DNA from: Octopus bimaculoides
Taxonomy: Eukaryota
NCBI RefSeq assembly: GCF_001194135.2
Contig: NC_068990.1
Location: 2,398,159 to 2,462,158 of the forward strand
Reading direction: 5' to 3'
DNA length: 64,000 nt
A program made the position numbers and the translations under genes. Below are positions 51,184 to 64,000 of this stretch, piece by piece (position 1 is the stretch's first letter; each line of letters starts with the position of its first letter). Under the pieces are notes generated by a model. That model searched no databases. It worked only from the letters and a program-made list of their open reading frames with translations, and was not told where the DNA came from.

Positions 51184-51193
51184 TATAACACAT

Positions 51194-51598
51194 GTAGCTT
51201 GCTTACCAGCCACATGGTTCCAGGTTCAGTCCCACTGCATGGCAACTTGGGCAAGTGTCTTCTACTATAGCCTCGAGCCGACCGAAGCCTTGTGAGTGGA
51301 TTTGGTAGACAAACTGAAAGAAGCCCGTCGTATATATTTATGTGTTTATGTGTTTGTGTGTCTGTGTTTGTCCCCTCAGCATCGCTTGGCAACCGATGCT
51401 GGTGTGTTTACGTCCCCGTAACTTAGCGGTTCGGCAAAAGAAACCGATAGAATAAGTACTAGGCTTNNNNNNNNNNCAAAAGAAACCGATAGAATAAGTA
51501 CTAGGCTTCCAAAGAATAAGTCCTGGGCTCGATTTGCTCGACTAAAGGCGGTGCTCCAGCATGGCAACAGTAAAAAAACTGAAACAAGTAAAAGAGAG
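51194..51598 (+). mobile_element. SINE family A, near full length
   Basis: tagcttgcttaccagccacatggttccaggttcagtccc head, central gtggatttggtagac block, TG repeat, and ggcggtgctccagcatgg...tgaaacaagtaaaagag tail. Confidence 0.9.
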
Positions 51599-51727
51599 TA
51601 TATTAATAAAAATCTGTAAATGTACAATCATCCAGATAACTGAGTACCATATATATACAGTTCTATAATTAAGAGATGAGTAATTATGTACTTTTTTACA
51701 TTGTGACGGATATTTGTCATCTTGTTT

Positions 51728-51770
51728 CGGAATCCTGGGGTTAGTAGCCCGCGCTGTTAACCACTACGCC
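51728..51770 (-). mobile_element. SINE family D tRNA-like head fragment
   Basis: Reverse complement ggcgtagtggttaacagcgcgggctactaaccccaggattccg matches the head at 15752. Confidence 0.7.
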
Positions 51771-52599
51771 AGAGGCATAAGGTAATATATATATACAATT
51801 ACATTTACATACATACGTATATGTAATCTTAATATCGCAATGTTTGGAATTACTTATTAATAGTTTAATTTTTAATTTCATAGATTTTAATGAAATAATT
51901 TGATCGAATTATTTTATTCTAATTTTCACCTTTGTGCATATATATGCTTAGAAGAGCTACTCACTCAAAGTTTACATGCAATATGCACCAGTATTGATTA
52001 CACAATTGCTATATTTCTGTAGTATGTTATTGTATTTAACTCTCAAGAGAAAATATGTTGCATTAAAAAAAAATGAAACCTGTTTGTTTCAAGAATATTT
52101 GATCAAGAATATTTGACTGTCATTCCTTGTAGGAAGAGTGAATATATTCAGGTCACGCATTGGCTCAGCAACAGATTCCGAAGCCGTAGAATTAAATTTT
52201 GATGGTAATTCTGCTGTAATTACTAATAATACTACTGCTGCTGTCTCTTCTGTCTTATGGAAGTGAGTATACAATGTGTGCGTCTTCACGCGGCCGTAAG
52301 CGAAATGTGGTTCACTTCACCACGTCATGATTTTGTCACTGTTGTTAGTTTCGGCATACCCTCAATTTCATGTTATGTATCTGAAAAAATGGCTAATGTA
52401 CTTGATTGCTCCTCTGATTTGAATGGGGAGGTTTCTGAAATAAATACCTGATATGACTTGTCATTCAATATGATATCTATAGCCAGGAAAACCTATCCTG
52501 CATTGACTAACAATTTCAATAGGTTTAACGTGTACATTTAATGTTGTTCTGATGCTAGAAATGTTTAGAGCCTCCATGACAAGTCTGGTCTATCAAGGC

Positions 52600-53290
52600 G
52601 ATCTTGAAGTTTATTCTTCATAGTATAGTTTTTTGCCGTATAAGGAAGAATGATCGTTAGATATGTCCTAATGAGAGCCAGTGTTGTCCACTTAAAAACA
52701 TTTTTTCATGCAGTTTGGGGGGCTTTTGTTACTTTCAGAAGACGTATAGATGAGTAAAGATTTTCCAAGCGAACCACATTAATTATAATTGAGGATTTCT
52801 GTAAAATATTTGATATAATGAACATAAGGGTCCTTAATATCCGGCTGAAATTTGACACCTCAAATGAGACCGTCAAAGCCATAACCATCACGTACGAAAA
52901 TCCGTCAGGTTTTCTGCAAAGCATAGAAATTCAAACAACAGTTTCGAACAACAGCAAGAATCTTCAGAAAGACCATGCCTCCAAATAATTCTGTCATTGT
53001 AGTGTTCAACATCCTCAGGCAAAGCCTTGTTCCCATCGAAACCATTGGCCTCATGATTAGCTAGAAGCGATCAAGACGATAGTAGAGCATATATCTCTCT
53101 GATCTCGACTACGTTGATCGTCATGCTTTCACATCTTATCATTTATGTGATGAACGAGTTTGTTACCAGGAGTTGAGGTTGCTGCAACCAAAGTTGTTCT
53201 GCTTATCAATGGAACTCGAACTGAATACATAACAATTTCTATCAGGAGAGGCATACAACACAGGAAGGTCAGTAACTTCAAGTTCATTGG
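52600..53290 (+). mobile_element. Degenerate LINE reverse-transcriptase fragment
   Basis: Remnants SDLDYVDRHA (cf. KAFD.VDR) and KVVLLINGTRTEYITISIRRGIQ (cf. V.ING..S..I.I.RGIRQG) occur in the expected order. Confidence 0.45.
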
Positions 53291-53292
53291 AT

Positions 53293-53335
<43 letters not shown>

Positions 53336-53637
53336 NNNNNNNNNNNNNNNNNNNNNNNNNNNNNNNNNNNNNNNNNNNNNNNNNNNNNNNNNNNNNNNNN
53401 NNNNNNNNNNNNNNNNNNNNNNNNNNNNNNNNNNNNNNNNNNNNNNNNNNNNNNNNNNNNNNNNNNNNNNNNNNNNNNNNNNNNNNNNNNNNNNNNNNNN
53501 NNNNNNNNNNNNNNNNNNNNNNNNNNNNNNNNNNNNNNNNNNNNNNNNNNNNNNNNNNNNNNNNNNNNNNNNNNNNNNNNNNNNNNNNNNNNNNNNNNNN
53601 NNNNNNNNNNNNNNNNNNNNNNNNNNNNNNNNNNNNN

Positions 53638-53678
<41 letters not shown>

Positions 53679-54764
53679 ATATATATATACTTGCATACAT
53701 ACATATTTCTCCCTCTCTCTCTCTCGGAATCAAAAGTGGAAATACTTTCCTTGAAGGAAATTCCTCAGATAGTCAATGCGTCGTAAAGCACTAACTCTCT
53801 GAGCTCGTTCTATACATGACGCCATCAGACGGTAGTACATAACACAAAGGGTTATAAGTTGATCTAGCTACTGCTCAGGAGTTTCTTTTTGACTTATTTT
53901 GGTACAGGAAAATCTGCTTAACGTATCTTATACATTACCATGTGGGTGTACACAGCATCCTAGATTTCAAGAAAATTGGTAAATTTATATGGGAAGCAAC
54001 ACTACACCAGTGAACCATTCCACGTTGGGATATAAAATACAATATATATATACCTTAGAGAAGGAAGCAATAAAAGACTAATTTCTTTCAAAGCACTGAT
54101 ATTAAAATCTTTAGCAATCATTGTTGTTCAGAATCCGAACACCTTCGATCGAACAAGGCTTTTATGACCATCTCTGGTACAGACATTTCGTAAGTGACTT
54201 TGTTTACTAAAAAAAAATAATTAATGTTGTTGGATAACAGGCTGCTATTTCTAGCAGGTCTAGCAATTGCTGGTTATCAATAACGGCTGTGTTCGGTGGT
54301 GGACAACCTACATTGAAACAATCACAATCATTACATACTGTCGCGTAAAAATAGAGCAAATACTTATAAAGATATAAAATGCAATGCTTTCGACTCAACT
54401 TTGCGCTAATCTTAGTTCATTGTGTTTATGATATATTTCAATGGTTGCACTGAAGTTATCAAGTATGCATTACTCTAAATTTACATACTGTCCAGAAATC
54501 GTATCTGCAATGTGATTCAAAACATTGCATAAACTGTAATCTTGTGAGGGGGTGGAATGTATGCTCTATAAAGCGAACTAAATCCATTCTCAAGCAGTCA
54601 ACACAAGCTAGCTTTAAACATGTAAATCTTATAGGATAAAGGCTGTTCCATTATAAGAATACATTATTATTACACGGTTGTCACCATTATGCCTGATTTT
54701 ACAGCGATAACGTTCACGATGCAAAATTCGTCTCTTATGTAATAGCTTATTTTTAAAATGCTTG

Positions 54765-54875
54765 GCCGAGTGATTAGTGTATTCAGTTGATAATCATGAG
54801 TTTGTGGTTTAAATTCCTGGACTGCAAGTGTGTTGCGTTCTTGAGCAGGTACTAAATTTCACATTGGTCTTCTAC
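54765..54875 (+). mobile_element. SINE family C head
   Basis: ggccgagtgattagtgtattc...gtggtttaaattcctggac...gttcttgagcagg. Confidence 0.55.
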
Positions 54876-54957
54876 GCTTCCTCCTCCGTTTCACTTCTTC
54901 CTCCCTCTCCCATCCTCTCCTCTTCCTTAAAATACCGCCGAGGTCGCCTTTGCCTTA

Positions 54958-55021
54958 CATACTTATATACATACATATATGTATATATATATGTATATAT
55001 GTATGTATATATGTATGTATG

Positions 55022-55055
<34 letters not shown>

Positions 55056-55067
55056 TGTCCGTCTGTC

Positions 55068-55109
<42 letters not shown>

Positions 55110-55113
55110 AATG

Positions 55114-55209
<96 letters not shown>

Positions 55210-55240
55210 CATACATACATACATGCATACATGCATACAT
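54958..55240. repeat. Long (TA)n/(TATG)n microsatellite
   Basis: Direct inspection. Similar TA, CA, AG, TATC and TACA tracts occur throughout the window. Confidence 0.95.
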
Positions 55241-55244
55241 AACT

Positions 55245-55525
55245 GGCACTCCTTCACCGGCTACAACAACGAGTTCTGTTCAACGACCTGTTCCGATCAA
55301 CGGAACACCCTGGTCGTGGAATCAATGTGCAAGTGTCTGAACTTTCCACAAACACGCGTGCACTTAATGTAGTTCTGAGAGACATTGAGTGTGACACAGT
55401 ACGTGACAAGGATGGCCCTTCGAAATACAGGTAGTACTCATTTTTGCCAGGTGAGTGGAATAGGGCGGCGTAATATAAAGTGTCTTTTCTCAAGGACATA
55501 GTGAACCGCTGAGTATCGAACTCAC
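55245..55525 (-). mobile_element. SINE family C copy
   Basis: gtgacaaggatggcccttcgaaatacaggtagtactcatttttgccagg...ctcaaggacatagtg...tcgaactcac (minus-strand B-box). Confidence 0.7.
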
Positions 55526-55896
55526 TTTATGTATATATATATATATATAAGAAAAACAGAAGGATTGGAAAAATCCAGGGTGATTTCAACACAGCACTAT
55601 TTTAAACGAATTTAGTTAACTATATCAAACAGACATCAATAAACGCAATTAGAATACGCATCCTAATTAATTCCTTATGTATGAGAAGCAGATCTAAATA
55701 TCAGTTGGAAGAATTTAGAGAAATTCAGACTATGAGACGATAAAAATACGTCGAGAGAATATCACATCTTTAATTGTAGTATTCACCTTATAAACATACT
55801 TAGAGAAACTACCGTTTAAAATTAATATTTGCGTAAATACATGTTAATAGAACGCTTTCAAGGCGATCCAAGATTACTTAAAATCAAAGTGATATA

Positions 55897-55965
<69 letters not shown>

Positions 55966-58699
55966 GCATGAAGAACCACGGGTTGCGAATCAATTATCAC
56001 AAACTGTTAATTACCGACTAATTAATGTTAGAGATATTATGCTAAAGAGGCGTATACATTTAACGATAGAGAGTAAAAAAAATGTAGGCCATGTTAGCGT
56101 TCTGTAACCATCTTTAATCATCAAATAATTGTTTTAAATATTTGAAATCAAATTAGAATATACAAGTGCTAAATATACATACCCGATATTTAGATTACTG
56201 ATGGAAGTGTCATATGCATTATGTAATACTGATAAAAAATTTCTGACAAATATGTAATGTGTAATATTTCCCAGTAGTAAAATATTTCGTCTCCAGTTAT
56301 AGCATTCTAATAGATATTTCTTCAAATCAGAAAATTCAACAATTCTTAAAAGACAAAAATTCAATAGAAGCAAAAGTTTCTCTAAAGTTTTCTGTAGTGA
56401 TAAGTAGTAAAGAAACAAGTCTTAACAGGATAGAAGTCGTTATTTATTATGTTTATATTTTTTTGTAACTTCAGATAATGTAGAACGAAGATTCACACTA
56501 AAAAGACACGAAAGCGCCAGCAGGAGAGACTTTCTGTACTCAAGAATTATCACCCTATCCATTAACATAACAAACAGACGTTGCACAATCGTGTTTGATG
56601 TACAAACACGCACATTGGAAAAAGCACACACAAATATTTAGACACACGCACACATATATATATATATATATATATTATTCAGATACACAGAAGTATATTC
56701 ATATATATATACATATATATATGAACGTACACATCATGTGTGTGTGGGGAGGAGGGTTTGTGTGGGGTGTGTGGGTGTGAGCGTGAATATGTGTGCATGG
56801 ATCTATGCGTATTTGAGTGCCAACATATGCACTGAACCAGTGATAGGCCCAACGGAGCTCTACAGGCAAAGAAATATCCAAACAGGCTATTGTTCAAAAA
56901 TGCATAGAATACGTTTTCGATGCATGAGTAAAAAGATGCATACACAAGCTGCTAACCACACAAACAAACAAACAGGCACACAGATGTGAGAACGTACGCA
57001 TAAACAAACTGATGAGCACACAAATATAGATGCATCCAATGTCGTATTTATTCGGTTCATTGCTGTTGTAATTTAAGCAAGAACGATTGTTTAATTCATG
57101 ACGTGAACTTAAGATGAGATTGTTATTTTCAACATGAAAGTAAGTTATTTTTCACAGACTTACACTAACACACACGTGCTTGTAATATAAAAAATATTGT
57201 CACAAATATATATATATATANNNNNNNNNNNNNNNNNNNNNNNNNNNNNNNNNNNNNNNNNNNNNNNNNNNNNNNNNNNNNNNNNNNNNNNNNNNNNNNN
57301 NNNNNNNNNNNNNNNNNNNNNNNNNNNNNNNNNNNNNNNNNNNNNNNNNNNNNNNNNNNNNNNNNNNNNNNNNNNNNNNNNNNNNNNNNNNNNNNNNNNN
57401 NNNNNNNNNNNNNNNNNNNNNNNNNNNNNNNNNNNNNNNNNNNNNNNNNNNNNNNNNNNNNNNNNNNNNNNNNNNNNNNNNNNNNNNNNNNNNNNNNNNN
57501 NNNNNNNNNNNNNNNNNNNNNNNNNNNNNNNNNNNNNNNNNNNNNNNNNNNNNNNNNNNNNNNNNNNNNNNNNNNNNNNNNNNNNNNNNNNNNNNNNNNN
57601 NNNNNNNNNNNNNNNNNNNNNNNNNNNNNNNNNNNNNNNNNNNNNNATATATATATACATACATATATACATACATATATATATGTGCACGTGTATACAC
57701 ACTGCGCATATTGTTATATAGTATATAAATACACGGGAGACGAATAAAAGCAGCACTTAAAATATGTCTTAAGTTGCAAGTATTTAATAGGAGCTTGACT
57801 TCTCTCTACATTACTCCAGGTTTCTTACGTGCAAATGAGCGATGCATATTCAGATGCACACAGAACATGACATTAAGTTTTCTGTTACTCATTTGGACTA
57901 AATCTCACGTCCTTCTAATCTTAAAAAGTGTGTGTTTGTGAATATATTGACGTATATTTTATGTGCATATACACGCACGTATATAGTTTGTTGTCTGCAA
58001 TACCATAGGTCAGAAAAGAGACACCCATATATTGGGTAGTAAAGCATGCTTATTAACTAAAATACAATATCCTCATATCAGCCATCTTAATAATCGGTTT
58101 CCTGCAGAAGTTGAGATGATATCTCCAATCACAAGATAAGTCCGAAAGAAATGGCGTGGTTTCTATGTCACTACATGCCTGAAAGTATCATATGCTTCAC
58201 ATTTCTGCTTTTGTGGCTGTCTTAAAAACCAGAAACGAAATTGTCTAGTTCGAAAGCAAAGTCGAAAATAATCCTTGGTTTGAGAGCAAACCTAACCATC
58301 ATGTTATGGAGGAAATATTTTGTTTGAAAGTAAACCCATCCATCACGGTATGGAATATATTTATCACAAGCCCGTTGGGTTTAACATAAGTGTGCTATGA
58401 GGTAGAGTTGCAGATGATAATAGCGGTCAGTTTTAATATCGTATGTGATTATATACTTCCTACTAATGTTAAAGTAATGCTTTAATTTTTCAGTGTCATC
58501 TAGTTCAGGTAATAATGCACAGCGTTTTCCTTCAATGCCCATATATTCCTCAGTAGAGACGTGGTAGTTTGCTTCTCTTCGAAAGCCTGAGCTGTCTGCA
58601 TCTCTTTCAGTTTTACGTCTATGCGGAAATCTTTTATATGAAAAAACACTATTACACCTACACTTCCTCTCCTCTTTCTCCACCTACTACTACTATTAT

Positions 58700-58762
<63 letters not shown>

Positions 58763-59506
58763 CAAACCTAACCATGCTCCTATGACTGAAATATTGAGAA
58801 AAATGTATATATATATATATATATGTATGTAATAATATAGATTTAATCAAAAGATTAAATGTGGTACTTAAAATGTTTGAGGCACCAGAATTTGGTAGGA
58901 TAAAAACCAAAAACAAAATGAAGAGATTTGGTGAATAAAAATTTGAAGATAAGCAACAAAAATTCAATAGGTTATAGCAGTACGTACGTTTCGTACCAGC
59001 TCCATTTATTCATGTATAAATGGAGCNNNNNNNNNNNNNNNNNNNNNNNNNNNNNNNNNNNNNNNNNNNNNNNNNNNNNNNNNNNNNNNNNNNNNNNNNN
59101 NNNNNNNNNNNNNNNNNNNNNNNNNNNNNNNNNNNNNNNNNNNNNNNNNNNNNNNNNNNNNNNNNNNNNNNNNNNNNNNNNNNNNNNNNNNNNNNNNNNN
59201 NNNNNNNNNNNNNNNNNNNNNNNNNNNNNNNNNNNNNNNNNNNNNNNNNNNNNNNNNNNNNNNNNNNNNNNNNNNNNNNNNNNNNNNNNNNNNNNNNNNN
59301 NNNNNNNNNNNNNNNNNNNNNNNNNNNNNNNNNNNNNNNNNNNNNNNNNNNNNNNNNNNNNNNNNNNNNNNNNNNNNNNNNNNNNNNNNNNNNNNNNNNN
59401 NNNNNNNNNNNNNNNNNNNNNNNNNNNNNNNNNNNNNNNNNNNNNNNNNNNNNNNNNNNNNNNNNNNNNNNNNNNNNNNNNNNNNNNNNNNNNNNNNNNN
59501 NGTATC

Positions 59507-59542
<36 letters not shown>

Positions 59543-59592
59543 CGTGTATATATATGCATATATACATAAATATATATGTGTGTATGTGTGTG

Positions 59593-59630
<38 letters not shown>

Positions 59631-59869
59631 CGTGTGTAATCTGCCAGTTGTAGAAATGGCAGAAAAAGAACGTATTTTAAAATAAATATTGAGCAGTTAT
59701 ATTTTATGTAGTCGAGTATTATATCCTTGGATGTGCCCAAGTAGAACAGTTAACGTGAAACCAAAAGTAACATTCTGCCCAGTTATATGTCATAACTAAG
59801 AATGTGCAATTCGATTATATATACATGAATACATACGTATACGTATAGCTGTATATAAGTATATATATA

Positions 59870-59999
<130 letters not shown>

Positions 60000-61049
60000 G
60001 TATATGTGTGTATGAGTGTGTGTGTGTTAATGGGTATTAAGTATGTTTCTTTGTGAGTATGCATTTGCGCGTGTATGTATAAAATGTAAACTGTGAGAAA
60101 TATCTGATACACATGCAAATAAAAAGGTAGATTGATTGATAGATATCCATATATTTACATTTGTACACATTTCTATCGCTGCATGCACACGTAATACATA
60201 TACATATATGTGCATATATAATCGTTATTACTCTTCGGTTCTTTATTAAGAATTCATACAGTTTCCTATAAATTGGACTTCCATGCAGTCTTGCGTAGCA
60301 GTCGTAGCAAATCTATTCTCACTGCCAAGTCTCTAAAGAATGGGAGGACAATAAATGAGGAAATTCTTCCAAGCCATAAAGTAAGCCATTTTCTAGTGGA
60401 TTCGACCGGTTTTAAAAGAATTGATCTGAACTGAAAAAGTTAACATACATTCCGAAATATACTATTCATCTCCAACTGTGTGTGAGCTGTTTTAATGGAG
60501 TTCGTCTGGAACGTAACAGATTTATGTGTATCAAAGCAATGAATTAGAAAAACTGCAGAATATAGATGTATATGTCTTACTGTATTATCTCTCATCGTGT
60601 TAATTTCAACTCAAGTGTTCAAATCTTGTTGAGATACGCACTATTTTATTATTACGTAATAAAATAATTAGTCATAACTCACAAAACAAAAAAAAAAATG
60701 GCCATGTCTTTTCGCAAACGTGTTTCTGATTTCGATATCACTGCGTTGCACACTGACGGAATTTGTTTCTTGCATATTCTTTTGTATACCCTATGTTGTG
60801 AGTGTAATTGTGTAATTTGAAAGGTGATCAATTTTACTATCAACTCTACATATTTGAGGCTGCTGTATGCAAAGCATTTACGTGTCATTTTGTCATGTCA
60901 GTTAAATGTGTCAATGCGGAACAGAAATGGAGATGTGTTAAGTTTCTCGAATTCTTTCTTATGCCTGCCACTGCAAAACTCTTTGTCAATTCTTCATGAG
61001 ATGTTTCAAGCATCTTATGGCTGGTGCTAGCTTACACTTACCTACAATT

Positions 61050-61520
61050 TCCATAATCCACGAATGAGAATACTGGCTAAAACCACCAGATAGTTAAATC
61101 ATCTCATGCTGAGATCAGTTTTTTTTCTCTTAAGTCTTTAGGTTGAAATTTCTTGATCAATAACTGGTCGTTACAGACATCTCCGCTTTTACAGACACAC
61201 CTTTTATTCTTCAGCACATAGGGTGTTTTCAATCAGTCGCTTTTCACTCGAAACGATATTATTGCAGTTAAGGTTTTATGGATTGGAGGAAGATATTGTA
61301 GAGGTCAATAATTTTGAGCCATTTGTGGTTTTCGTAGATTTGGGCATTATGATGGTTTCCTTCCTTTCAGTGAGCCAGTAAGGTGTTGTCTCTAAGTCCG
61401 CCAGCAACTTTGTTAATTATTTCAAAAAGAGGCTGGGTATATTCTCATCTGTAACCTTCTAGTTGCCTGAATTGTGAAGTATTTTCATTGCTTTCGTTGC
61501 TAAAGACGTCCGAGATTATT
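61050..61520 (-). mobile_element. Second R4/Dong-type RT relic
   Basis: Minus strand WLTERKETIIMPKS (cf. WLT.G.T.LIPK) and KGVSVKAEMS/VCNDQLLIK (cf. QKGC.....CKDQLLI). Confidence 0.6.
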
Positions 61521-62546
61521 CAAATGATGTATACGTTAATTTTTATATTCTAGTCTAATATAATTGTCTATATTTATTAAATGTTATCTGTGCTATTATG
61601 CAATAGATATCTACATATCTTTCTGTCGCTCCCTCTGTCTATCTACATATCTATTAGTTTTGATGTATCGCTTAGACAATGAGATGCCAATAACCAGGTA
61701 CTAGAGCTCTTTATGCGTATGCTTCTGTACGAAGCGTCAGTCGAGTACAGAGCGGTAATAAGAAATTGGTGTATACATCTATGTTCGCGTTCTTTGAAAC
61801 CTTAAGTTAATACGTCATTCGTTATACTTTGCCCCTGTTGTGTTGCCTTTCATTTTATAATTACATAATGTTTACGCAGACATCATATTTTAAGTATATT
61901 GTTTCGTGCACTGCACCTAGTCTCCCGCATCAACCTTACCTTTTTCATAGTTTTTCTGTTTCGTTTTCTCCTCTTTCTCTCCCTTTTTCTCTTCTCATTT
62001 TCTTTTCTAATTTATAAGCTCCTCTTATACACACACACACACATACACACACACCCACAATTATGTATATACACACACATATACATACATATATATGGTT
62101 TGATAATAGATAATGGAAAAAACGGTTTTCTTCATTTAAAATCACTGCAGTTCTTTCGACACATTCTTATACCTTTAGTACACTGGTAAGATGTTGTGTA
62201 ATCATTATAAGGTGTAAAATTGTGTCAAAAAACTCTAGTGATTTTCAAATAAAGCATATCGTTAATTTCTATTATTTCCATTTATTTTCTAATTAAAATT
62301 TGTTTAACAGCTTCTCTTCATTTTCCAAACTCCCTGCCACTCATTTTGTCATCATTCATGAATTTTCTCTCTGTCTTTCTTCATTATTTCTTTACTTTCT
62401 TATCTTCATCTCTCTCTTCTATCCCTCTCTATCCTCTCTTCTATCCCTCTCTATACTTTACTACACTCGAAACTTACTCTCGTTTCGTTGCTTCCTCTTC
62501 TCTCTGACTCTCCCTCTTTTCATCTCCCTCTGTTAATCTCACAGCC

Positions 62547-62612
<66 letters not shown>

Positions 62613-62744
62613 ATTACATCTTTTCTCGCCTTTCCTCACATTAAATGCAACTACTTTTTACTCCATTCAGCATGCCAGACTGAATAATTAACAATTAACA
62701 GAAAAAGAAACACACTCCTGACATGGAACATAGCATATATACAT

Positions 62745-62788
<44 letters not shown>

Positions 62789-62927
62789 NNNNNNNNNNNN
62801 NNNNNNNNNNNNNNNNNNNNNNNNNNNNNNNNNNNNNNNNNNNNNNNNNNNNNNNNNNNNNNNNNNNNNNNNNNNNNNNNNNNNNNNNNNNNNNNNNNNN
62901 NNNNNNNNNNNNNNNNNNNNTATATAT

Positions 62928-62962
<35 letters not shown>

Positions 62963-63594
62963 CATACATACATACATACATACATACATACATACATACA
63001 TACATACATACATACGTGTGTGTGTGTGTAGTCTTTTCATTTATATATGGATATTTTCCGAAATATATCACTGTTAGCACACAGATGAGTACTCTCATAA
63101 ATTTTTCAGGTTGTCATAATGATTAATATTGACTTACCATTCACTAAGAATTATTCAGCTAGTTTTCGTGCTGAAGATAGTAGACAATGTCTATAATTAT
63201 ATTATATTGAGTTACTAAATTCTGCAGAGCCACAAGCAACTCACAACATATTAATCATTTATATTAATGCTATATTCAACTATACCTAAAACTATTAGAT
63301 GCTAAATAAATGAGAAATATATTATCAAAATTTAACATTTCTGACAATAGCATCTGTAATAACATTTACGAAGCTGGTAGAAATGTTTTCTGTTTAGGAA
63401 TCACTTGAGTGAAGTTCAACTGTGTAATGTAGAACACCTTTGAGCCTGAAATGACGAGGTTACAACAAATGCATCTAAATTATGCAGAATTATGGATTGT
63501 AACAAAATAAATAACAAGCCAGCTCATAATAGGATGAAAAAATTATGCTTGAAAGACTCAAAAGAATCGTACTCAAAAACAAAGTGAATAACAT

Positions 63595-63852
63595 TGTAAA
63601 TTATACAGTTCTATATTTAAGAGATGATGAATTATGTACATTATTTACATTAAGTACATTATTTACATTAATTACATTATTTACATTAATTACATTATTT
63701 CCATTTGACAGATATTTGTCCACATCTTGTTTGTTTTTAACACAACGTTTCGGTTGATATACCTTCCGGACTTCATCAGGTGTCTTGGGGAAATTTCGAA
63801 CCTGGATTCTCATTCCTGAGGTATTTTTCGATGTTGTTAGTTGTTGTTGCTA

Positions 63853-63937
<85 letters not shown>

Positions 63938-63940
63938 CGT
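63595..63940 (-). mobile_element. (AAT)n-led SINE-like tail containing a Penelope-type hammerhead and ending in (gtaaataatgt)-type tandem repeats
   Basis: Minus strand (aat)n...catcgaaaaatacctcaggaatgagaatcc...gacacCTGATGAag...cGAAACGTTgtgtt..., ending in an 18-bp repeat x4 near 63635-63705. Confidence 0.7.
63739..63784 (-). ncRNA. Minimal type-I hammerhead ribozyme with degenerate stem II
   Basis: GACAC-CTGATGA-A-gtccggaaggtatatcaacc-GAAA-CGT-T-GTGTT. 5-bp stem I, palindromic AACGTT stem III, GUU triplet. Confidence 0.6.
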
Positions 63941-64000
63941 TGTTGTCTCTTGACGTCTCTGGGTGAGACTTGGTTCCAACTTGTACAAATGCAAAGCAAA

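Noticed and set aside
51435-51508. 32-bp direct duplication inside a SINE
   Set aside because: The two copies flank a 10-N gap, which is typical of an unmerged contig overlap.
52706-52924. GPCR TM6-like hydrophobic stretch on the minus strand
   Set aside because: No other GPCR motifs are present, and the plus strand carries LINE RT remnants in order.
58381-58967. Overlapping minus-strand ORFs of 100 and 155 aa
   Set aside because: Partly built on a (TAG)n repeat, two frames are open, and no motif is recognisable.

Overview
This is AT-rich, microsatellite-dense, gap-containing eukaryotic (animal) DNA. The SINE families resemble Octopus repeats I recall, so a coleoid cephalopod draft assembly is inferred but not verified. 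No host protein-coding gene could be identified. There are only low-confidence exon candidates and a CpG-rich promoter-like patch near 31.8 kb. Most long ORFs in the track are microsatellite or N-gap artefacts. The window is dominated by transposon relics: a Helitron (helicase fragment and 3' end) abutting a STAT/ETS-motif minisatellite, Helitron-like 5' ends, LINE fragments (RTE-like, Tx1/L1, CR1-group with CCCH ORF1, two R4/Dong), a Penelope GIY-YIG relic, mariner pieces with a MITE, and many tRNA-derived SINEs. The main result is several minimal type-I hammerhead ribozyme motifs of the Penelope/retrozyme kind. (i) A ~472-bp tandem and partly inverted repeat at 43.35-44.77 kb has one hammerhead per full unit, with predicted cleavage sites 473 nt apart, which is retrozyme-like. 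(ii) An apparently intact solo hammerhead lies at 51141-51183 (+). (iii) A third family lies at 63739-63784 (-) in a SINE-like tail. A 36-bp inverted templated copy at a LINE 5' junction and several fold-back elements are also notable.
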